A stretch of 63,805 nucleotides of DNA, the filler included, from Salisapilia sapeloensis CBS 127946 (lineage: Eukaryota; Protista; Oomycota): NCBI GenBank assembly GCA_023334545.1. It is 4 parts of 4 records of this genome, joined end to end, with 100 filler letters (N's around TTAATTAATTAA, not from the genome) between each part and the next. Parts side by side here need not be neighbours in the genome. Positions count along the whole stretch, not along the records: positions 13,981 to 43,490 come from JAADVB010000227.1; 3 more parts are not named here. One strand, 5' to 3'. Of the stretch, positions 30,964 through 41,000 are shown one piece after another. A program made the translations under genes and the position numbers. Numbering within the stretch: the stretch's first letter is position 1; every line of letters begins with the position of its first letter. Under the pieces are notes generated by a model. That model did not search any database, was not told the origin of the DNA, and was given only the letters and a program-made list of their open reading frames with translations.

Positions 30964-33682
30964 TTAAATGTCATACATCTTGCCATCGCTCGTAGACGGC
31001 GCTCGTTTCGAGCTTTCGTCCTGATCCGGATACTCTCCATTAGGTCCATTCGAATCCGTAAAGTCACCTTGGAGCTCCGCACCTTTGCTCTGGTGCATAC
31101 GCAACAACGTCTTCAACTCATAGTGAAGGACCATAGCACTCGGTCGAGCGTTCGGTCGGAAACTCATACACCTCTTGGCTAGATCCTTGATATCGTCTGG
31201 CGTATTCGCTCCAATGGACGGCGTCTCCTTGCTCGTCACCTTGAGCACTATCAAGGCGTTCGTAATACCTTCAAAAGGCCGTCGACATGTCGCCAACTCG
31301 GTCAGCAGGATCCCGAACGAGTAAATGTCTGCCGACTCGGTGTACCTCTCACCTCTCAGCACCTCTGGCGCGATCCACGCCATCGTCCCAATCCCAGCCG
31401 TCATCGTCGCATCCACCTGCCACTCTCGACTGACACCAAAGTCACTCAGCTTGGCTTCATATTTAGGACCGAGCAGCACGTTCTTGGCTTTCAGATCGCG
31501 ATGGATGATAGGAGAGCTAAAGGAATGTAGGTAGACAATCGCTTCCACTACGTCCAGAGCCATCTCCGTCTTGGACGGAAGCATGCTCGAGTTCCGGAAC
31601 CAATCGAACTCGTCCGGGTGGCTCATTTCACGAGAAAGCTGTTTCTTTAGGAGCTGATCCAAGTCTCCATTCGGCATGTACTCGAAGACGACAGACATGT
31701 CTGCCAGTGTGCTCCAACTGACACCTAAGAAGGTAACGACCTTTGGATGCGAGAACTGCGTACAGAGCTTGATCTCATCCAAGAATGCTGCCAGACACCG
31801 GTCGTCATTGGCTTTTTCCGGAAGGATGGTTTTCACGACGACGTACTGCTGGCTATACACAGCCAAGTGGATACGTCCGAAGCCTCCTTTCGCAATCACA
31901 CGCTCTAACTGTACCTCTTGCATCGGAATACGGTACTTAACGAGAGCACTGTCCAATCCGTCCGATAGTTGCGTTGTCACTTGCGCAAAGTCCGATGCTT
32001 TGGAGTACAACATGGAAAAGTCATGGGATGCATGCGATTGGAAGCTCGAGCCAGACGAGTGCCGTGCACCAGACGAACGTTTACTATTATTGAACATGCT
32101 CGGACCACGCTCCTGCGTTGGTGGAAACATTGGATGCGGCGGTTGCGACACTTTGCTGTCACGCTGAGAGTCGAACGCTGCTTCGAACGCTTCATTGTCC
32201 ATGCCTTGGGTGTTAAAGGCCCGGTCGTCTTTTTGCTGCTTCTTATGACGATAGTATCGATAGCCAATGAACAAGAGAACACACAAAAGCACAACAAAGA
32301 GGCAAATAACGACGATGAGCGTCGTGGAGAGACCACTGTCCTCTTCTTCCGAGTCACCCATGCTCTGACTCGTGGAGATGCCGTACTTGGCTTCGAACTC
32401 ACTGTCGGAGATGACACAGAGCGTGACACCGCCTTGGTTCACCTGGCCTGCGTCAGCGTCCGAGCAAGGAGAATAGGATGCGTTCGTCCGGACGTTAAAG
32501 ACGTCCATGCCTCCGATCGTTTGGTAATCTGTTTGAGACACCTCGAATTCTTTCAGTGGGACATCGACCATGGTCAATTCCTTTAGCGTAAGAGGGAAGG
32601 AAACGCCATGGATGCTTTCAATGTTGTTGTACGAAAGGTTCCTATTGGTATTGCATGAGGATATGGATAGACAGGTAGATGAGGTAGGAACGTACATTAG
32701 TACGATGGAGTTGGGAAAGTTGTAGTCAGTCAAGTTATTAAAGTTGTTCGAGTACAACATCCTACAGCATACATTAGTATACCGATGTAGCATGCAATGC
32801 ATATGTATGACGTACAGGCCCTGGAGGTCTTTCGGAAGGTCTTCGGGAAGAGAATCAATGTTGTTCTTGGAGGCGTCCAGATTCTTCAAGTTGGGTGGAT
32901 AATACTGAACCTCCAACTCTTTCATGTTTGTATTCTGAATCGATCTGTAGGTCCAAGGATTAGTGGTAGGTAGAGACAATGAGACAGACAAGAGCGTACA
33001 TGGAAGTGATGCTGTCGACAAAATTGGCGTCCTTCAAAGTCCCCAAGTCCATGTCGTGTATGTACAAAAGTCGGAGCTTGTCGGGTAGACTCATGCCTTT
33101 GAGAGAGGTAAAGCCATTGCCACCTAGGAATAGCTGGAGAAGACTGTCTGGCATGTTGATGTCATCGAAACTCGATAGACTGTTCCAACTCAAGTCCAGA
33201 ATTTGCAAGTTAGGTGGAACAGCTAAGTCGGAGAAGGACTCGATCTGATTGCCAGCTAATCGCCTGCAGGTACACGTAAGCATTTCCACATACGAAATCG
33301 AGAGGACAGGTACATACAGCTCTTCAATGGAAGACGCCTCGTCCATATCGGGAAACTTTGTCAGTTTGTTATTTTGCACATTCCTATTGCATCATGAGTA
33401 TAAATGGTAGGTGGGCGCATGGCTGAAAGGCACGTACAAGAGGCGGAGGTCTTCTGGTAGGCTATCAATGGCCTGAATTCCGAGTTGTCCAGTAGCCAAC
33501 TCGTGATCTCCCGAGACGACCAACTGTGTCCACTGGCAGCTCTCATCGTAGACGACTGCCCTAGATGAGTTCTTCGGGTCCTGCGCAAGTGTGATGAGGC
33601 CATCGAAACTACTGCAGTCGGACGCCCCCCACGCTGTCGACGCATATGCCAGCGTTATGGCCACCAACGGTAGCAGTTGCAT
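30964..33682 (-). CDS. LRR receptor-like kinase (TKL group); introns 33384-33437, 33264-33317, 32945-32999, 32762-32815, 32642-32695
   Basis: Signal peptide MQLLPLVAITLAYASTAWG; 22-aa LRRs; TM LIVVICLFVVLLCVLLFIG followed by a basic stop-transfer; kinase motifs IAKGGFG, HRDLKAKN, DFG and GTMAWIAPE. Confidence 0.92.
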
Positions 33683-34107
33683 GGTCGATCGAAAATTTGT
33701 GGAATGGCGGTGCAAGATGGGCACGGACGCAATCGGCGGGAAGTAGCACAGTCGGTGATGCTACTGACGATGTGGAATCCAGTGCCAGTTACTTCTACCC
33801 CCATTGGAGCTGCTGGTGTGGCGGAAGGCAGGAGCCAGTTTCTCGGTACAGTTGATGGGCGAGCTAAATATACCCCTCTGTGTTAATTCTGGCGCATGCT
33901 CCGTCTGGTTTACCACGTCATATCGGTTAAGAGTTGGATTGTTTGTAACGAGTCAGTCTTTTGCTAGAATACATACACTTCATTAAAAAAACACACGGAT
34001 AAAGCATGGAGCATTGGATAAAGTGCACAAGCACATACAAATTTAAGGTACAAGACTGGCTAAAGGGACACTTAGAGTGCTCTTCTTGAAACCACAGAAT
34101 TAGTAGT

Positions 34108-35961
34108 ATGGACGCGGAAGATAAGGACGCTTTGCGCGAGTGGCTGGAACGCACGCTCGAGCCACTGTATGCAGACTTGTATGTATGTATTATAAAATTT
34201 ATCACTCACCTCGGATATCTAGATGTGATGCTGATCCGGAAGTGCTTGCCAAGTACGTCTTGGCGCTCGTTCAGAATGATCCGCAAAAGCCTGGACTGCA
34301 GGAAACGTGCGTCAGTAAGCTCGAAGAGTTCCTCGCAGACGGTGAGCATACACACACACTACTTTGCGCTTCGGCTCCAACACATCCTTTACATCCTACA
34401 CGTTCAAGAGCATATCTTCTCACACTTAAAATGTAGAAACGGAGAACTTTGTCGCTCGATTATTCAAGGCCATCGAGACGAAATCCTATAAAGAAGGCAC
34501 AGAAGAGTTGAGTGTCGACAACAACCATGCTAGTGACGCTCCTGCGCGGCATGAATCAGAATCTGAGTCCTCCGCCCATGGTAAGCGGAAGCGACATCGA
34601 CAGTCCGAGTCCGAATCCGAGCACCACGCACGCAGTCCTCCTCCATCCGAAGAAGACCACCATTCGCATCGACCGCACAAGCGCGCGCAGTACGACTACC
34701 AGAATCAGAATCAGATGCCGCCGCCCTATATGCAGCACGGTCGGCATGGAGGCGATCGGAGGCGGCCGTACGGCATGCCAGACTGGAATATGCCGCCTCA
34801 CATGCCTGTGGGTATGTGGCCGCCACCTTATGGTCCGATGGGTCGAGGCGGTGGACGATTTGGACCGATGCCACCAATGGGAGGTATGCCACCCATGCCC
34901 AACTACCCGATGGAAGGTCGTGGTGGACACTTTGGTGGTCGAGGCGGTCGCTACCGGTCTGGAGATGAGAATGGAGAGGAGAAAGAGGAGACCGGGGCAA
35001 AACGGACTCTACGTGTGATCCACGTCGACCCCAAGTACGTCAACATGACCAAGCTAAGTGCTCACTTTAGTCGTTTCGGAGACGTCGTGAACGTCCAGAT
35101 GCGTCCAAAACATCGTAGTGCATTCGTCCAATTCGCGAACGAGTCGAGTGCTACAAGAGCATTCCACTCGCCCGTCCCAGTCTGCAACAACCGTTTTATC
35201 GAAGTCAAGTGGGCTAAGTACGACACGAATGACTTGCCTGAGAATGATGATAGTGGCAATGTGGAAGAGACTAAAGAGACGGAGGAAGTGAAGACGGCGG
35301 AAGAGTTGGCGGAACAGGGCAAGAGGATCCTGGAGCAGAAGAGAGCCATGTTGGAGAAGCAAAAGGCCTTGAGAAAGCAAAAGGAAGATCTCGTACGGAA
35401 GCAGTTGGACCAGCAGAAACTCATGCTGGAAAAGATGAGTCAGCAGCCAGATCAGTTCTCAGTGGATGACAAGAGGGCGCTTTTGAATAAAATCACCAGT
35501 CTCTCGGATGAGCTCAAGAGTCTGTCGGAGACCACGGTGTCTCGGGAGGCGGACAACGGAGGCAGAGGAAGAGGTCGTGGTCGCGGACGTGGTCGCGGTC
35601 GCTTTGGTCGTGGCGGTAGATCCAACACGCTGGACAACCGCACGACTGTCGTCCGTGTATCTGGTCTCGGAGACGACTTGAAGAGCTCCGAGGCGCTGAA
35701 TCAGCACTTTGGCTCGTTTGGAAGTGTGGAGCAGGTGGAGGTGAATGGAGATGCGGAAGCACTGGTCAAGTTTGGCGACCGGTATGGCGCGGAGGCAGCG
35801 ATGCAGCACGGGAAAACGGCTGGGGAAACCCAGTTGACGCTGGAGTGGGCCCCTGCGAGTGTACTTGCGAGCGACTCGAACGAAGAAGTCAAGGTATATG
35901 ATTTTTTATATGTATGTGAGAAATGATGTCTGACGATGTGCGGATGTAGGCGAGCGAGTAG
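34108..35961 (+). CDS. RBM26/RBM27-like PWI-RRM-coiled coil-RGG-RRM protein; exons 34108-34166, 34223-34341, 34437-35893, 35950-35961
   Basis: Spliced PWI domain (LREWLERTLEPLCDADPEVLAKYVLALV); RRM with CNNRFIEVKW; RGRG repeats; second RRM NTLDNRTTVVRV...HFGSFG. Confidence 0.85.
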
Positions 35962-37924
35962 GATCTTTTTTTACATTTTTCACCTTTGGTATAAGTGGTC
36001 TTGGCTCTGGCGTACCACCCTACGAGCAAGAAGGACATAATACAAGCAAGTTGATACGACGAAATTGTGCAAAATAAAAAGATATTTGGAGTTGACTAGT
36101 TTTGCTTGGTGCTGCTTTCCGTTCTGGAAGAGATTGTTTTGATGTGTGGAAGGATGCGGGTAGATACTTGAGACAGTGTTTGATGCTGTTAATATCATAT
36201 CATGAGCTGGAAGAAGATAGTCATCGCGTCGGTTACCAATGGTGAAGGAAGATGTTTGATAGGTCTTTTGAGGAAAACGTGCTTGTCGAGGCTGGATGAG
36301 ATCCAATTGAACTCGACGCATATTTGGAAGGTAGACTTGCTAGGTAGAATCTATTGCTAAACAGTTGAACTGTTCGCACGATACATCTCGGGTCGCACAT
36401 CTTGCAGTGTGCAGTAGCAGTATTTTTGACCGTCTAGTAGCTGTCTAGCTATACATCCGCTTTGACTAATGATCGAGCAATTTTATAAAGGCAGAAAGTA
36501 GATTGTACGGATATCAACAGATAGCTAGGACTAGAAAAGAGTTGATACAAAAGAGTTTTTTACTTGGTCATTGCTCGGTTGTATCATGCTAACAGCGAAA
36601 GCAGAAGTTACGGTCAAATCCTTCAAGTAGGTATTGATGTACACAAAGCTTTGATGTATCTTTAAGACAGCAGGGTATAGATAGTGTTTTAATGCTGCTC
36701 GCAGCTCACGTACGTGCGACAAACAAGCTTCTCTCAATACGCATGGGCATTTGCTACGTGGTACCGTCCAGATTGAATTGGAGAACTAGATTTCCTTCGT
36801 GTCTTCTTGTAAGCTTATGACAAAGTCGATTAAAGGCTCACAGCTAACTGACCACAAACCAGATCTGTGCAAGCATGATGCAAGCGTGAAAGTCTTACTA
36901 CGGAAGCTTTATAGAGGCAATATTCGAGTGCAATCACGAAGCTGCGCAAGCTATCACTAGCTCAAGATAAAACACCATACATTCGATGGACTTGGACAAG
37001 ATACGTTCCAGATAAAAAGGCATTGCAACAAGACTGACAGCTACAAGCTTCAAATCTCTCTGATTAATGGATATGTCTGATAAACTCTATCTTGTAGCAC
37101 ATCATGAATCCCATCCATTCAGCTAAATCGGGTAGGACTTCATGTCGACTAGACGTCGGATATAATCAGGTTGCTGTTTTGAGCTAGTACGCCAGCACTT
37201 GCACTGACTGCCTCTACGTTCCTTTCAATTTATCGCGCGATCACTGATATGCCTGCGCCTTTCTTCGTGCAAGAAACATTGCTCTTCCGCGTCGTCGTCG
37301 CATACAGTACACCTACATGCTGTGTTTGTAACTTTTGACTTGGTGACCTTGGTGTCAGCATTGATTGGTGGCATCTCGACTGTGATGGACTTTCCTTGTG
37401 CCTTCCTCTCCGCGTGTACCTGCTAGTGTAGCTTTACACGCTTACGTGGAAGTTTTCACTACTTTGAAAGCGACGTGGAGGAGAAGGTTCAGACTTTCCT
37501 CGAACCCCAGAAGCCATTTGAGGTCGTGGTATCGCCTATTCAAGACGCTTCCGGAGTCACACCCGTATCAACTGTCTCATCCCACCCAGAATCCATTCTC
37601 AATCTTGGCATCAAACTTGAAACATTCGCTCCACCCACCATGAATGCACCAGACACGATCGTTGCCTTCCTAGGCACCACCTCGCGTAGTGCGTATCCAT
37701 TTAAACTCGAAATAGAATAGCAGCTCCATCTATTTACTATCTCAACTTGCACCAATCACACACAAGCATAAAGAGCGAGGTAGGTTTAAGGTTTATTCCT
37801 CGTCCCAGCATTCAAAGTTGTAGATTACACCCACCACGGGGTAGGTTTATTCTGGCGACATTTGGACGAATCGACCGGTAGCTACGATCGGAATTTGCAC
37901 CTATCCACTTCGTCCTATCAGTTC

Positions 37925-37935
37925 GATTCACTTGC
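37925..37935 (+). promoter_or_regulatory. Inr-like element upstream of the P4-ATPase (GATTCACTTGC)
   Basis: Identical to the eIF1 upstream 11-mer; 66 nt before ATG 38002. Confidence 0.4.
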
Positions 37936-38001
37936 GTAATCAAAGCGTCGAGCACTCGTGGTCTGAGTCTAGTCGCTTCCACTTCGTAACTCGTCGTACT
38001 C

Positions 38002-41000
38002 ATGGCGAAGGGCAACGGCTTGCCGTTCTCGTTGACGAAAGACACAAAACCTCCGCGTAATAACAGTCGATTGCGACAGACTATTGCCTCGCCATCGCCG
38101 TTCGGGAGTGGCTCGTCCTTCACATCAGTCACCAACGCCGATGCGAGAAGCCAAGAACAACGTGCTTTAGCGTTTGCACGGCATCAAACAGTGGAAACGT
38201 TGCCACAAGTGCCTCCAGAAGCAAGGCTGCATCCGCTCCAGCCATCCCGCGACCTCTTTCGAACGTACACCGAGTCTGACCTGAATGCACTCCGAACGAA
38301 CTATTATACAACTGGCGAAGGCAGTACGAGTGACTACAACCGGCATGTCGGAGATGATTATAATGGTCCGCTCACACCACAGACACCGAGGACGCCTAGA
38401 ACACCGAGGACACCCTCTCGAACGCCATCGAGTGCAGCAATAAGGAGGCGAGTGAGTAACTGGGGCTACCGTGTCTTCACGAGACCATTGCCTCGGTCCT
38501 TGCGATGGCACGCGAATGGCAGAAATTATACTCGGTACATGACACGAGGCAATACGGCCTCCTTACAAACGCGTTTGCGTAAGAAACGAGAGCCTTCGTT
38601 TAATGAAGCAGACGAAGGGCCAGGCCTATCAGCCTCAGTAGAAGATCCTGCACTAGTACCTCAGCGTTCTATGAGCAGCTCTGTCCTGTCGATGGAAGCA
38701 TGGTTTAACTCTGCTGCCGAGACGATGGGGTACGAAGTCAAAGGCGAGTCCAGTCGCATTGTGAGTATCAATGGCGGAGGACCGGCGGACTTTAAAGACA
38801 CCGAGCCAGTGGTCGAAGCGCCCGAGGAGGAGGAAGAGGAAGAGTTCGCAAGCAACGAGATCCATACGTACCAGTACACGTGGTGGTCCTTTGTCCCTGT
38901 CTTCCTTTACCTCCAGTTCAGCAAGACAGCCAACTTGTACTTTTTGCTCATCGGTATCCTGCAGCTGATCCCAAGCATCAGTCCAACCGAAGGCGTACCT
39001 CTCCAGTTCATTCCACTCACAATCGTCACAGTCATCGACGCACTCTTTGCTGCGTACGAAGACTACAAGCGTCATGAAGCAGATGATGAAGCCAATTCCA
39101 CCAAGACTGTTGCGTTCAATCGTTTCTCTAGTCAATTTGAAACATGTGAGTGGCGGGATCTCAAGGTCGGTGATTTTATTCGACTTGAAAATCATGAAAC
39201 AGTCCCAGCAGACGTCCTGATTCTAGCTGTGACACCTGCAGAAGGTAGCAACGCAGGAGGAGCTGCTGGTGTCTGCTACGTCGAGACGAAGAATTTGGAT
39301 GGAGAAACGAATCTCAAGCTCCGAGAAGCTCCGTCCAAATTATCCCACGCCATGTTCTTAAATGAAGAGAACGCTGACAAGGTCGGATTCGGCTACGTCG
39401 AGAGCGAGGCACCGAATGGAGATATTAACAAGTACTCTGGAACCATGTACCTCGATGGTTTTCGAGACGACGACCTCTTGTCTGGACTGGAGAACGGGAA
39501 GGAGCGGCAGGGGATGGGACTGAATCTAAAGAACATGCTGTTACGAGGCAGTCGCGTTCGGAACACAAAGCAGGTGTACGCCCTCGTGGTGAACACTGGT
39601 GTGGACTGTAAGATCATGCGTAGCTCTGGCGACGGATTCGCCGTCAAGGTGAGTAGCATCGACGAGATGACAAACCGCCAGGTTATCATGGTCGTCATAC
39701 TACTCGTCATCATCTGTCTCATCGGTGCAATTGGCAACCAATTGTGGTCGTGGGATGACATGGGCGCGTCGGAAAAGAGCCACGAGATGTTGGATGACAA
39801 GCTGACACAGACTGCGATTGGTGCCTTTGTCTATTGGTTCACTATGCTCGCGTCCATGGTGCCGATCACGCTGTACGTGTGCATAACGCTCGTGAAAGCT
39901 CTGCAAGGGAAGTTCATGCAGATGGACCTGGACATGTACGACCCGGCATCCGATTCGCCTATGCTCGTCCGGAACATGCAGCTGAATGAACAGCTAGGAC
40001 AGATCTCTCATGTCTTTTCCGACAAGACCGGGACGCTCACATGTAACATCATGGAGTTCCGCAAGTGCAGTATTAACGGCGTTAAGTACGGCAAAGGCAC
40101 GACTGCCATCGGTCGAGCAGCTCGCATGCGAGATGACTTTGTCGGCGATCCTGTGTCGGAAGAAGAGGACGATGATTTGGACGTGAAAGAGATGGTGGAG
40201 AACGTGAACTTTAAAGACGCATCATTCTGGCAGCATATCGGAGGACAATCCACTCAGTCGACGTACATTCGCGACTTTTTCCTCCACTTGGCGCTTTGTC
40301 ACGGCGTCTTGATCGAAGAGGATGAGGAAAAGCATGAGATCAAGTACTCTGCGTCCAGTCCGGATGAACAAGCACTCGTATGTGGTGCCAAGTACGTCGG
40401 ATTTGAGTTTGTAAAGAGAGAACCAGGTAGCGTCTGGGTGAAGAATCCAGAGGGACAGGTCGAGATTTATGAAGTGCTGGAAGTATTTGAGTTTGACAGC
40501 GCTCGGAAACGCATGACAATCGTCGTCCAGCGTCGAAGGAAAGACACGGAGTTGAGGCAGATGACGAGCAGTGACGACGACGAAGGAGATGAAGTGCTTA
40601 TCTTGACGAAAGGAGCCGACAGTGCCTTGGTGCCGCGGCTGCAAAGTGGAGAAGAGGAGCATGTGAAGAAGACGCTCGACCATCTCGAAGCGTTTGCACG
40701 TGACGGACTTCGGACACTTGTGGTCTGCTCCAAGAAACTGACGCATTATCAGTGGCAGGCGTTCCACGTCCGATACCGTGCTGCGATTGCCGACATGAAC
40801 GAAGTGGGGAAGCTGAATCGAGGAGAAGAGAATCTGATCTCGAGGCTGCAGGAGGAAATGGAGTCGGATCTACAGCTACTTGGCGCTACTGCCATCGAAG
40901 ACCGACTGCAGGACGGCGTGCCGGAGACCATGGAGCGTCTGGCAATTGCTGGCATTGGCGTGTGGGTGCTTACGGGCGACATGGAAGAGACGGCGATCAA

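Noticed and set aside
37915-37940. GTTCGATTC as a tRNA T-loop
   Set aside because: The flanks do not form a T-stem or cloverleaf; better explained as an Inr-like promoter element.
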